NCBI RefSeq assembly: GCF_006345805.1
Contig: NC_043012.1
Location: 32,674,001-32,738,000, forward strand
DNA from: Octopus sinensis
Lineage: Eukaryota
DNA length: 64,000 nucleotides
Reading direction: 5' to 3'
Below the pieces are notes generated by a model. The model saw nothing but the letters and a program-made list of their open reading frames with translations, was not told where the DNA came from and did not search any database. How positions within the stretch are numbered: position 1 is the first letter of the stretch; each line of letters starts with the position of its first letter. Shown piece after piece: positions 1-12,622 of the stretch. The position numbers were made by a program, and so were the translations under genes.

Positions 1-439
1 TTCTAACATTCGAGTAATACAATATATATTCAGTTTATTATTATTATCATTATTACCATTATTATTATTATTGTTATTATTATTGTTGTTGTTATTATTA
101 TTATTATTTCTTTCTCAACGAATTCAACATTGTTGACATTTACCAATTTATTGTTGACACATTACATATAAACAGTTATTTTGCTCCAATAATTCGGATT
201 TTTACAGTAATCTCTGAGTAAAGTCTTGGTAATCCAACCTTGCCAACACAAAACAACATGGATTCTAGTTACAGACAGCCATTGTAATATATTGTAGAAT
301 CATGTGAAAATTGATCTTGGTGAAATATTTTAAAATGTTGGATTAGTAAATTTGAAGAAAGTTGCCTGTTTTTATGTTTTTTTCTCTCTCATTGGTTTGG
401 TCTTGGGGAAGGAACTACTGTGCTCATGGCCTTCATAGA

Positions 440-1385
440 TTCTTCGAGACTGTTGAGTTTGATACTGTTAGTGTTCTTGGAAAATTACAATATGACTGCA
501 GGCTACATATGGACTGTGGAGGCACATGGCCTAGTGGTTAGAGCAGTGGACTTGTGGTCAAGGGATCGCGGGTTCGAATCTCAGACCGTGCGATGTGTGT
601 GTTTATGAGCGAAACACCTAAGCTCCACGCGGCTCCAGTAGAAGTTAATGGCAAACTTCTGCCGACACTTTCGCCATAACTTTCTCTCACTCTTTTCTCC
701 TACATCTTGCAGCTCACCTGCGACGGACCGACGTCTCTCCAGGTAGGGAACCTATATGCCAAGGAAACCGGGAAACCGGCCCTTATGAGCCAGGCATGGC
801 TTGAGAAGGAACAAACAAACAAACATATGGACTGGAAGTGGATTCTATGGGGAGACATCTAGGAGAGAAAGGATTAGGTGAAGTGGCTAGTGTAGCCTGG
901 AGGGATGGAGATGAGGCGTGGGCACAGTAGGAGTAATAAGGGAAAGATGAATAAACAAGGCGTGTCTGAGTGGAAATGGCTGCAGACCAATAGAGCTGTG
1001 AAGAGTGGAGGCCACTATAGTAGTGGAAGAAAAGGCAGGGGAGATATAGGAGGTCTAGTATACTAGATATAGTATGTCTGTAAGTATAGTTGCAACATGG
1101 TCTCAGATAAGAGATCCCATTTGAAGTTTGTATAGAGTTAATAGATGTTGGGTAGGGGTAAGAAGTGAAGAGGAAGGCCAATCTTTGACACTGATGTTGT
1201 GAGATTGCTGGGAGAGATCTTCCATGATGTTGAGGTTTAGCATTTGTAGTGACCTTAATGGTTCTTGTTGCTTGCTGTTGAGGACTAGAGTGGGATATGA
1301 TAGTATTCTGTTGATTTGTAGAGTGATTGTGATTCTATGATACTGAAGGAGATAAGGTTGGTCTGACCTCACTAGAGAATGTTTC
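440..1385 (-). mobile_element. Degraded CR1/L2-type LINE 3' fragment (RT C-terminus), interrupted by the SINE at 517-822
   Basis: Broken minus-strand frames (LNLNIMEDLSQQSHNISVK; LDLLYLPCLFFHYYSGLHSSQL) resemble the CR1/L2 RT C-terminal region. Multiple frameshifts. Confidence 0.6.
517..822 (+). mobile_element. tRNA-derived SINE (family S1), full length, with V-domain-like 3' part and (AAAC)n tail
   Basis: A box TGGCCTAGTGG at 527-537 and B box GGTTCGAATC at 571-580. Tail ACAAACAAAC. Exact 12-bp TSD ACATATGGACTG at 505-516 and 823-834. Confidence 0.9.
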
Positions 1386-1599
1386 TGAAGTCTCTAATGA
1401 TAGAATCAGTGCAAATTTAGAATGAGGTGTCCCAGTTCCATGTTCATTTATAGGAAAAGGGAAGAAGAGGAACAGGAAATTTTAATTCACTAAAATTGAA
1501 AGATTAATAAAAGAATATATCTGTAAATGAATCAAACATTTAGGCTATCAAGATAAGAAGGGATTGATTACAATAACTGGGGTGTAATATATTTAAGAT

Positions 1600-2200
1600 T
1601 GAAACTACCTTTGCAGTACAATGAAATAGATCACTGGGAAGACTTCCATGAAAGTGTCATGAGAGGCCTCTATTTTGCTTTGTACTTTGCACTGCTGGCC
1701 TATCTACCCTCAATCTCCTTTAGCCACACCCTCATTGGTGAGGTACTCTGCAGGATGGCTGAACTCATTGTGGCGTGGGAACTGGAGTCAGCTCTGGCCA
1801 ATTTGATCATTTAATGCTTTGCTATCCCCTAGAATACAGATGTCCAATGTAAGTGGAACATCATCAAATGCAAATATACCTCCAAGCAGATTGAGACATC
1901 CTTAGACCAGCACTGCCTTACCTGCACCCCGCCCTGCTTCACAGCCATACAGGGGTGCATGGCTTGATTTGTTGCCTTCCTTATCAACTGGTACCCTTTC
2001 ATGATGAATGTATATGTTAGAATGGCCCAGCTTTTTGGTCTGTGTTTCCACTGTTGAGCTGCAGTTGATGAAATTGGCCTGCATCCATTATCCTACAGCA
2101 ATAGTGTGGGATGGTTCCCTTTGATACATTGCTCTGAATGACATCATCAGATGAAACCTCAATACAGCTAGCTTCCCATCACAACTAGAGCCAGTTGGTC
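1600..2200 (-). mobile_element. Highly degraded LINE RT remnant, probably RTE
   Basis: Short minus-strand peptides resemble RTE RT (for example FRAMYQREPSHTIAVG versus VWAMYRDAASRVRVG in the 50-53 kb copy). Many stops. Confidence 0.35.
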
Positions 2201-2210
2201 TTGACTAGAG

Positions 2211-2445
2211 GGATGGTAAGCTGGCAGAAACATTAGCACACCGGGCGAAATGCATAGCTGTATTTTGTCTGCTGTTATGTTCTGAGTTCAAATTCCGCCG
2301 AGGTCAACTTTGCCTTTCATCCTTTCGGGGTCAATTAAATAAGTACCAGTTACGCACTAGGGTAAATATAATCGACTTAATCCGTTTGTCTGTCCTTGTT
2401 TGTCCCCTCTGTATTTAGCCCCTTGTGGGTAGTAAAGAAATAGGT
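2211..2445 (+). mobile_element. tRNA-derived SINE (family S2, Meta/MESC-like central domain), young long-tail form
   Basis: Head GCTGGCAGAAAC..GAGTTCAAATTCC, core GACTTTGCCTTTCATCCTTTCGGGGTC..AATAAGTACCAG, tail ..GGGTAGTAAAGAAATAGG. Many near-identical copies occur in the window. The domain name is from recall. Confidence 0.85.
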
Positions 2446-2469
2446 AAGCACTCTGGTGGAATAATCCTC

Positions 2470-2870
2470 ATTCTATCCAAGGGAAGTAAATCCCTAATCT
2501 GGGATTCGATGTCCTGCAACACATTGATTGATTATTCAAAAGTCTTCGCCTTCACATGATTAGATCATGTTTTACATTACCAAAACTCCTGCAAAATGTT
2601 CTCCATCTCCAACCTTGCTGCATTGTCCACAAACTCGGGTACTTACACCTGTAATGTAGAAAAGAGGAAATTAACAAGCACCTGAGACTGATCAGCCACT
2701 ATCTGTTTGTGCCAGTTGCCAATGAGACCTCAGGTGTTCTCAGACTCAACTCTGCTGATTTCCTCCACAAATTGGGATAACAGCAGCCTGTCTGAGAAAT
2801 GAGCCCCGCACGATGGTGTGTCAACAAGGCACACCATCTGGACTGGGGTGTACAATCTGTTACTCCATCA
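2470..2870 (+). mobile_element. Degraded LINE RT fragment (CR1/L2-like)
   Basis: DYSKVF..LDH peptide resembles the DFSKAFD.V.H RT motif, followed by a SGVP-like remnant. Heavily decayed. Confidence 0.35.
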
Positions 2871-3742
2871 TTTTCAGCTTAATTCCACCCTGACTTTTTT
2901 TTCTCTCTTTCGATGTTGAAATAATCCCTCTTTTCTTTTTTCTTGATAATTCAATCTTTTATATTTCGTTTTTGGATTTGGTTTGCAAGATTCTTTATAT
3001 GAGTTTTCCCAGTGATCTATTTCATTGCACTGCAAAGGTAGTTTCAATCTTTTATACTTTAAATTTTTTTCTTGAAAAATATGTTGCTAAATAAAAACAT
3101 CACACGGTTTATTCATAAAATTAAATGAAAAGAAGAAATTGGAATATATTTTGTATAGAAGTTGGTTGAGTCGTCAATTCATCTAAGAGTCTTCAATATC
3201 TGATTTTGTCATGTTACTTCAGGTTAACTAATTAATCATATTGTAATTAATCAAGAAGATGAGAATCTTTCGTTTCAGGTTTCAAACAAGAAACAATCTC
3301 TGTTTTCAAAATAGATCTGAAGAGAAATCATTTCTATGAAGTGATTGGTTATTGAACTGTTCCACTTGAGATTAGTAATAACCCCCCCCCCCCCCCCACA
3401 ACACACTTTCACTCACTTACATACTCTCATTCACTCACACATATACTCACATACACACACACATAGATTCCTCATGTATGTATATATATGTGCATATATA
3501 TACATATATGTGTGTGTGTGTTTTTGCACATATGTGTGAGTCTGTGTCTGTGTTTGCATGTGTGTGCGTATGTGAATGCGTGTGTATGTGTGTGCATGTG
3601 TGTGTATCTTACAATAATTTATGTTAGCAAAATATTACATACTGTAAAATCAATCTACATAAAAACTTGTAATCAACAAAGCTATTCATAAATTGCAAGA
3701 AAATTTAAAAAGCACACTTTAGTAATATATATATATATATAT

Positions 3743-4065
3743 CATCATCATCATCATCATCCTTTAATGTCCGCTTTCCATGCTAGCATGGGTTGGACGA
3801 GTTGACTGAGGGCTGTCAAACCAGATGGCTGTGCCAGGCTCCAATCTGATCTGGCAGAGTTTCTACAGCTGGATGCCCTTCCTAATGCCAACCACTCTGA
3901 GAGTGTAGTGGTTGCCTATGTGCCACCGGCACGAGGGTCAGTCAAGTGAAACTGGCAACGGCCACGCTCAAAATGGTGTTTTTTATGTGCCACCCGCACA
4001 GGAGTCAGTGCAGCGGCACTGGCAATGACCTCGCTCAAATGTTTTGTTCACGTGCCAGTAAGGCG
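3743..4065 (-). mobile_element. RTE LINE 3'UTR-only copy inserted in (AT)n
   Basis: (CAT)n tail at 3743-3760, CCATGCTAGCATGG palindrome, GGATGCCCTTCCTAATGCCAACC motif. (AT)n on both sides (3724-3742, 4066-4082). Confidence 0.85.
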
Positions 4066-4544
4066 ATATATATATATATATATGTATTCCCATCATCTTC
4101 CACTCATCCCCACCAAATGCACACAGGAATACCCACATATCTCACTTGACCTTCAGACTGGTAAAAAAGAGAAAAGCATCCCTCTGTGGTTTATCCACTA
4201 ATGTTATATCGTCTGAAAAAATGAATCAATTTTGATGATCAACTGGATGTCCATGGATACTACAACTACACTCCAATCATCCCAGGACTGTGATCTTAAA
4301 AGTCATGTGATTTGTGGAAACGCATGTAGTGATGCATTAAATATTTATAAATTCCGTCCTAGGATTATTGTTATTATTATGTATCCTACACTATATTGGT
4401 ATAGCTTGATGCAACCCCAAAAAACTGGCTCACTAGTCAGCATCATGAGATGCTGGCTGGCATAATGGAATAGGAGCTTTATTTGCATATTCAAAACATT
4501 ATCATAATCAAATTTAAAAGATGTGTGCGTGTGTGTGTGAGCGC

Positions 4545-4680
4545 ACATGGCCTTGTAGTTAGGATGTTGCACTCATAATTACAAGATTGTAGTTTCAAAT
4601 CCTAGGCGAGGTGATGCATTGTGGCCTTGAGCAAAAACTCTTCATCTCATGCTGTTCTGTGATCACTTCGACACCTCAAC
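4545..4680 (+). mobile_element. Degraded tRNA-derived SINE with CORE-like segment
   Basis: A-box-like TGGCCTTGTAGTTAG, B-box-like GTTTCAAATCC, then GTGGCCTTGAGCAA. Confidence 0.5.
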
Positions 4681-5339
4681 AATTTTTTCAGATAACTTCA
4701 ATTTGATGGAGAGAGTAGTGAGCATTTAATAATCAGCTCACCACAATAATTTGTTGTGATTGGCTAAAATATCCATCACATGAGTTTTTGGCCCTGTGTT
4801 GCATGGGAATTGGATTGAAAGTCCAATCACGTTGCGTGTAACATATTTTAAGCAACAGTTCTATATGAGTCCTAGGGCCTCTTTTTCTCCATAAATTGGT
4901 TCAACAAACCTTTTACAATGACAACTTTCATTGAGGCGAGTTGCAGGATTCAGCTTTCCAAAGGAGAATCGTTACATAGCAGTCATAAAACCATTGATAG
5001 TCTAAGCTTAATTACCTCTATAATAGAGAAACGATAACCTGACAGAACTTGTTAATATTTCATTTTGTCCAAACTGCTGCATAAACTTTATGAAGGAATA
5101 AAGTCTCAATGTTTATTTTAAAGAAAGCTTCTCTTATTGATTATACTCTTGAAACACATAACAATATTGTATAATGATATACATGAATCATAAGTAAAAA
5201 CTGGTGACCCATCATAAAAAATGCATGACCTTGAAGTCAGTAAACCAATTCCTTAATCTAAATGTTACAATGCCGTCTTCTGATTCTCTTGAATATTCAC
5301 TATACCTTACTTATATATTCTTTTTTTTCTTTTCTACTC

Positions 5340-5725
5340 TAGGCACAAGGCCCAAAATTTTTGGGGAGAGGGCTAGTCAATTAGATTGACTCCAGTACGC
5401 AACTGGTACTTAATTTATCGACCCCCAAAAGGATGAAAGGCAAAGTCAATCTCAGTGGAATTTGAACTCAGTACGTAAAGACAGACGAAATACCTATTTC
5501 TTTACTACCCACAAGGGGCTAAACACAGAGGGGACAAACAAGGACAGACAAACGGATTAAGTTGATTATATCGACCCCAGTGCGTAACTGGTACTTATTT
5601 AATCAACCCCGAAAGGATGAAAGGCAAAGTTGACCTCGGCGGAATTTGAACTCAGAATGTAACGGCAGACGAAATACGGCTACGCATTTCGCCTGGCGTG
5701 CTAACGTTTCTGCCAGCTCATTGCC
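5340..5725 (-). mobile_element. SINE S2 tandem pair: young full copy (5494-5725) fused to a head-less older copy (5340-5493)
   Basis: Two S2 cores in tandem, with junction GACGAAATAC|CTATTTC on the + strand. Confidence 0.85.
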
Positions 5726-6203
5726 GTACTTTACTTATATATTAAACATACAAGTATTGATTACATGCTTAGGTCCAGGATTAATGCTTATAACTAAGCT
5801 AAACATTGGTCAAATACATGAATTTCATCCTGCAATAATACTGTCAGTTATATTTACGGCTGTAGTCATATGACAGTAGCAAATATTGATGAGGAAGGAC
5901 ACTTATATCATGTATGCGTATGTGTGTGTGCATGCAGAAATATGACTTTATGACATCAGATGATCCATCATTTCCTGGTTACCAGAATGTGAGAAAACAT
6001 TCCAGCGTCAGTTTATGATTTTAAGGGAAAAAAACATAAAAAGTTATATTTGTCAAGTTTCTTTCTCCATCTAAGCAAGTATAATAATTTTATTTCTGCT
6101 TATCATGTTTGAAACTCTTGTAATAAATTGACTATGGAGAGAGAGTGTGTGTGTGGTGGTGGTTTGGGGGGGCAGGGTTATAATTCACTGAATTAATTCC
6201 AGC

Positions 6204-6431
6204 ATGTTTGCACAAGGCCAGCAATTTTGGGGGAGGAGGTAAGTTGATTACATTGACCCCTGTGATCAACTGGTATTTATTTTATCAACCCTGAAGGCGG
6301 CGAACTGGCAGAATTGTTAGCACACTGGACGAAATGTTTAGTGGTATTTCATCTGCCGTTACGTTCTGAGTTCAAATTCCACCGAGGTCGACTTTGCCTT
6401 TCATCCTTTCGGGGTCGATTAAATAAGTACC
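6204..6431. mobile_element. Two SINE S2 pieces head-to-head (6204-6295 minus, 6296-6431 plus)
   Basis: Both pieces match the S2 head/core sequence. Confidence 0.7.
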
Positions 6432-6749
6432 ATCTCTTTTCAGGTATAGAATATATAAAATAACATTATTTTCCAAATTATTGCATTCCTTTTTCAAAAA
6501 AGGTAGTAGGTTATATGTTTTGAGGGAGATTTAGTGGCTCTTTCTAACATGTTGAACACCTTTGCTAGCTTGATTGGTGGTAGCTGAAAGTATTACAAAC
6601 CCATAATTTAAATGATGGTGTTGAAACCTTGATGGTGGTAAGTTAGAGATAAGTTTCCATCAAACTGAAAATGTGATGTTTCGATGTTGGATTGGGATCA
6701 CATCACTTCATTTGCATATATAATGACTACTAATTTACATGCCTTCTAA

Positions 6750-7029
6750 TTTAGGCACAAGACCAACGTTTTTGAGGGGAGGTGTAAAGTGATACCTATT
6801 TTTTACTACCCACAAGGGGCTAAACACAGAGAGGACAAACAAGGACAGACACACGGATTAAGTCGATTACATCAACCCCAGTGTGTAACTGGTACTTATT
6901 TAATCAACCCCGAAAGGATGAAAGGCAAAGTCGACCTTGGCGGAATTTGAACTCAGAACATAACAGCAGACGAAATATGGCTACGCATTTTGCCCAGCGT
7001 GCTAACGTTTGTGCCAGCTCATTGCCGCC
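6750..7029 (-). mobile_element. Young SINE S2 (about 6803-7029) next to an older S2 3' end
   Basis: Near-identical to the 5494-5725 copy. Confidence 0.85.
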
Positions 7030-7124
7030 TTTGAAGCTAAACATAGTCTAACTACAACAGCAAGTTTGGAAAATATCTAGATTGCTATAGGTTTTAGCAA
7101 TGATTGACTGGCCTGCGAGAGCCC

Positions 7125-7342
7125 TGTGCCAATGCTACGTAAAAAGCAATTGTGCTGGTACCACACGGAAGCATTAAAAGCACCAAGCACATGATGTAAA
7201 GTGGTTGGCATTAAGAAGGGCATCTAACTGTAGAAACTAAACCAAATCAGACTGGAACCTGGTGCAGCTCTCATGCTTGCCAGCTCTGGTCAAAACGTCC
7301 AACCTATGCTTGCATGGAAAACAGATGTTAAAGCATGATGAT
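7125..7342 (+). mobile_element. Older RTE 3'UTR copy
   Basis: GTGGTTGGCATTAAGAAGGGCATC motif and (GAT)n tail. Confidence 0.7.
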
Positions 7343-8308
7343 GATGATGATTGTGGTGCGATGGAAGAAAAGGACAACAGAAAAAGAAGCAAACAGGAGA
7401 AAGAAATACAAAAGGCCTTACCTGTTGACCTCGGCAGAATCAGCGGCCACTCTCTTGAATTAAACACGCCTTGCCTCTCTGCCGTCTCAGCTCGAACTGC
7501 CCACACATGCTTCCTGACCCCACGTGCTTCCTGCCCCTTTCACTCTTCCACCGGCCCCTGCAGTCTTCACTTCCATTTTGCCTCATCTACCATCCTCTCC
7601 AACACCACATAGCTCATCACAGCCCACCACAATGATGATTGAAGAATATGACAACTTAAAGGAATGATGGGGTAAAATAAGAAGAGAGATGCCCACTGCA
7701 TGCAGACTTAATAAGTCAAATGGGTACTAGCATAATACATGGTGTAAGCTTTCTTGTAAGCAAACCTGGATAATTTACCCTTGTCATTCTTTTTAAGTTA
7801 CCCTGTATTTGTTCATGAAACAAAAAAGCCTAACTCTCCCTAGTCCAGTGGCCCCCAATTTATGATACAGCAGTGCACTGGTGCATCACATCACAAATGG
7901 TTTCTACATACATTGCAAACTTTTAAAAATATAATTTAAGGCTTTAAAAAATTTATAGTAATGCACAAGCCTCTCATAAAACATATTGCTCATAGTTTTT
8001 TTAATACAGAAATAGGCTTCATGAAATTAGATAACTGGTAGTTAATCTATTTGTTCTATATCCCTAACTTTAAAACAGGTTTTAGTTTTTTTAATTACCA
8101 CTCAAAGTGCAGCAACAATTTTTAACTTTCTCTGCCAAAAGTGGCATTAATTGTCTATTTCAAGTCCATTGTGTAACAAATCAAAATGTTGAGAATCACT
8201 AATGGAATTATTTTAAGCTCTGAGTCATGATTAAAAAATCTCACAGCACAAACATGTCTGGAGTTGTCACTGGACTGTAAAATGTCACGCACACTTCCTA
8301 ATATATTC

Positions 8309-8660
8309 CATCATCATCATCATCGTTTAACGTCCGCTTTCCATGCTAGCATGGGTTGGACGGTTCGACTGGGGTCTGGGAAGCCAGGAGGCTGCACCAG
8401 GCTCCAGTCTGATCTGGCAGTGTTTCTACAGTTGGATGCCCTTCCTAATGCCAACCACTCTGTGAGTGTAGTGGGTGCCTTTTACATGCCACCTGCACGG
8501 TGCCAGGGGAGGCTGGCAATGGCCACGATCGGTTGGTGCTTTTTACGTGCCACCGGCAGGGAAGCCAGTCAAGGCGGCGCTGGCATCGGCCACGTTCAGA
8601 TGGTTCATTTACGTGCCACCAGCACTGGTATCACAACTACAATTTCCATTGATTTTTGAT
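8309..8660 (-). mobile_element. RTE 3'UTR copy
   Basis: (CAT)n tail, terminal palindrome and three GTGCC-hairpin modules. Confidence 0.85.
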
Positions 8661-9012
8661 CGATTCCATATTTTAATGAATTTTAATCAATTAAAATTAA
8701 TTAATTATAATTGTCTCCTCTACCTTTTCTGGTCAGAATTAGCCATTCAGATAATGATTGTTATCATTTTGATACTAACATGTCTGTGCCTGTCCCTGGT
8801 TTTCTCTAATACAAACTTCCTATTTTAGTGATTTAGATTCAATGAAATTTTGTGCTAATTTATGTTTCAAACACCACCTTAATATTAACGAAGCTATTTT
8901 ACTAAATTAGCCACTATTCCAATATCAAGAGGAACAAAAAGGTGGCCAGCTATCAGAATCATTAGCATACCAAGCAAAATGCTTTGCAGCATTTCGTCCA
9001 TCTTTGCATTCT

Positions 9013-9420
9013 TTACTCTTTTACTTGTTTCAGTCATTTTGACTGTGGCCATGATGGAGCACTGCCTTTAGTCGAGCAAATCAACCCCAGAACTTATTCT
9101 TTGTAAGCCTAGTACTTATGCTATCGGTCTCTTTTGCTGAATCGCTAAGTTACAGGGATGTAAACACACCACAATCGGTTGTCAAGCGATGTTGGGGAGA
9201 CAAACACAGACACACAAACATATACACATACATAAATATATATACACATATATATATGACAGGCTTCTTTCAGTTTCCGTCTACCAAATCCAGTCACAAA
9301 GCTTTGGTCGGCCCGAGGCTATAGTAGAAGACATTTGCCCAAGGTGCCATGAAGTGGGAATGAACCTGGAACCATGTGGTTGGTAAACAAGCTACTTACC
9401 ACACACAGCCACTCCTGCGC
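9013..9420 (-). mobile_element. CORE-type tRNA SINE (family S3, OR2-like), full length, nested in an older S2 copy (about 8940-9530)
   Basis: Minus strand: head GTGGCTGTGTGGTAAG..GGTTCC, CORE GGCACCTTGGGCAAATGTCTTCTACTATAGCCTC, internal (AT)n, GAGTAAA tail. The S2 head precedes it and the S2 core resumes after it. Confidence 0.8.
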
Positions 9421-10388
9421 TTTTGTTCAAATTCTGCCAAGATTGACTTTGTCTTTCATCCATTTGGGGTTGATGTAATCAACTTAACCCCTTCCACAAA
9501 AATTTCAGGCATTGTGCCTATAGTAGAAAGGAATATTAATTGGAACAAAGGCACTGTATAAAACAGAAATATGGTAACAAAGGGGTTAAAGGAATCATCT
9601 GAAGACATCCCAGTTCTTGCTACATCAAGTGTGTCAATACTTACTTTACTATAAGGAGCTAAAGAACTAACACAAATATATATGCACGCACATACATATG
9701 TATACACTTAAGATTGACACATGTGCTTATGATGAACATGTAATGTCGTGTATGCCATACACGTCCTTATATGCATGCACACATACACGTATGCATATGC
9801 CCAAACATGTATTCCCATACGCTCATAAGAACACGTGCTTTCAGATGTGTATACATATGTGAATATTGATGATATTGTATACATACTAACACATACATAA
9901 AAGCACACATGCATGTAATATACATACACACACACATCATGCACACACACACATCATGCACACACACATTCAAAGCTACCAAAAAAGCAGCAATATTATC
10001 ACAGATGATAAGGCGGCAGCAGCAGCAGCCGACCTGATTAGTAATATGAAGAAGGATGGTTGTTGAGACCCATCTAATTGCTAATTAAATACTGCAGTAA
10101 TCAATCCGCTCCAAACTGGACAACTATTTCTCATAAAATTAGGTTTTCCAACAATCTAATTGGATTTTCTTAGAAGAATATGTGAGGGAAGGGAGTTGGA
10201 AGTTGGTCCCTTTAATTTCAAGTCTACTTTTAATTAGAATTGTAGGTGGTGATAGTAAAACAGATTACCAGTCAACACAATCAATGGTTCATATTCCAGT
10301 TGTACATAGTGAGGGGTAGTGGTGGTGGGGATAAGTAAATGACTTATAAGAGCAATGTTTTGCAGTATTTGTCTTGGACCTTTGTGCT

Positions 10389-11929
10389 GGAATTCAAGAC
10401 AGGATGCCCCCGGGAGCTCCTCTATGCTGATGGCCTTGCTCTAATTGCTGAGTCACTATCAGAACTAGAGGTGAAGTTTTGGGTGTGGAAACAAGGATTA
10501 GAATCAAAGGGCTTAAGAGTCAACCTAGCTAAAACCCAAATCCTACTAAATAGGAAGGCAGGCAAACCACAAATCCCTTCAGGTAGATGGCCCTGCTCGA
10601 TCTGTAGAAAAGGCGTAGGTAGAAACTCTATAAGATGTACCCAGTATAAGCTATGGACACATAAGAGGTGCAGCAATATCAAAGGAAGGTTAACTGGGAA
10701 GATAGTTTTTGTATGTGTCAGATGCTCAGGAGCAATAAACACTGAAAATAGGCAGAGAGCAACTTTCGTCACATTCCAGGGAGAAAAACTACAAGTAGTT
10801 GATAGCTTCCGTTACCTAGGTGACCAAGTCAGTAGCGGGGGAGGGTGCACTGAAAGTGTAGCTGCTAGAATAAGAATAGCCTGGGCAAAGTTCAGAGAGC
10901 TCTTACCCCTGCTGGTGACAAAGGGCCTCTTACTCAGAGTAAAAGGTAGACTGTATGATGCATGTGTATGAACAGCCATGCTACATGGCAGTGAAACATG
11001 GGCTGTGACTGCAGAGGACACGCGTAAGCTTGCAAAAAATGAAGCCAGTATGATCCAATGGATGTGTAATGTCAGTGTGCATACTTGACAGAGTGTAAGT
11101 GCCTTGAGAGAAAAGTTGGATCTAAGAAACATCAGATGTGGTGTGCAAGAGAGATGACTGCGGTGGTATGGTCATGTGGCGAGAATGGATGTGGATAGTT
11201 GTGTGAAAAAGTGCCACATCTTAGCAGTTGAGGGAACCTGTGGAAGAGGTAGACCCAGGAAGACCTGGGATGAGGTGGTGAAGCATGACCTTCAAACATT
11301 CAGCCTCACCGAGGCAATGACCAGTGACTGGGACTTCTGGAAATATACTGTGCTTGAGAAGACCCAGCAAGCCAAGTGAGACGATAACCTTGTAGCCTAA
11401 GCCAGGGGTGTAACACTTATGCGTACAGGGGTTGAAACACTTATGCGTACCTTTCCTTCATTGGACACTGCGTGCAAAGACCTGTTGAGGCAAGTGAAAT
11501 TGGAATTGAAATCAAATTTGATGACTGGCATCTGTGCTAGTGGAGCACTAAGAGCACTGTCTCAGCATGATCGTTACCAGAGCGCCTAACTGGCGTTCAG
11601 GCCAGTGGCACGTAAAAGCACCATTTAAGTGTGCTTGTTACCAGCATCGCCTTACTGGCACTTGTGCCGGTGTGCAGGTGACATGTAAAAAAAAGAAAAC
11701 ACGATTTTCCATGACCGTTGCCTGTACCGCCTGACTGGCCCTCGTGCCGGTGGCACGTAAAAGCACCCACTACACTCTCGGAGTGGTTGGCGTTAGGAAG
11801 GGCATCCAGCTGTAGAAACTCTGCCAAATCAAGATTGAAGCCTGGTGCAGCCATCTGGTTCACCAGTCCTCAGTCAAATTGTCCAACCCATGCTAGCATG
11901 GAAAGCGGACGTTAAACGATGATGATGAT
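10389..11929 (+). mobile_element. 5'-truncated RTE LINE: RT palm/thumb with PHD-like insert, complete 3'UTR, (GAT)n tail; inactivated
   Basis: ELLYADG (mutated YADD), GLRVNLAKT, FRYLG, GRGRPRKTW. ORF stop at 11379. Internal stops and frameshifts. Confidence 0.92.
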
Positions 11930-12239
11930 TGTCAACTTTGCTTTTCATCAATTAGGGATTGATAAATAAAGTACCAGTTATATACAGGGGTTGAAACTCT
12001 TTTCCCCACTCTTTCTGTGTCTTCCTTAATTCTGAAAGGACTAAAGAAATCAGTTGTGGTCAGACATGGAGAGGGAAAGGCTCTGTCAGGTTTTAAAATA
12101 CCCAACAAATGTGTATCATGACAACATCCCAATAACTCCTGTCAACAAGTTGAGAGTTTACAGTAAGACAATGGCCATGGCCCATATTCTTAAATCTTAT
12201 GCAGATTTTTCACCTTGCTGTGAAAAGTATCCTAACAGG

Positions 12240-12545
12240 GTCAGAAGTGGCTGTGTGGTAACAAGTTTGCTTCTCAACCACATGGTTCCAGGTTCAGTCC
12301 CTCAGCATAGCACCTTGGGCAAGTGTCTTTTACTTCAGCCTCAGGCCAACCAAAGCTTTGTGCATGGATTTGGCTGGCAGAAACAGAAAGAAGCCCATTG
12401 TGTGTGTCTGTGAGAGTAGGTGCAGGCACAGCTGTATGGTGAGAAGTGCTTCCCAACCACATGGATCCAGGTTCAGTCCTATTGTGTGACCCCTTGGGCA
12501 AGTGTCTTCCACTATAGCCTCAGACTGATCAAAGCCTGAGGGCTG
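12240..12545 (+). mobile_element. Two tandem partial CORE SINE S3 copies
   Basis: GGCTGTGTGGT..CCACATGGTTCCAGGTTCAGTCC..CCTTGGGCAAGTGTCTT occurs twice. Confidence 0.75.
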
Positions 12546-12622
12546 AGTAGATTTGTACTGGTGTGAGTTGGACAGCTTGACAGGAACAGGCAAGGCCAGG
12601 GGCCACACCAATTGTCTGTTTT

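Noticed and set aside
517-590. tRNA gene-like sequences (also S2 and S3 heads)
   Set aside because: They continue into SINE bodies with tails or TSDs and lack a proper acceptor stem and terminator. They are SINE heads, not tRNA genes.
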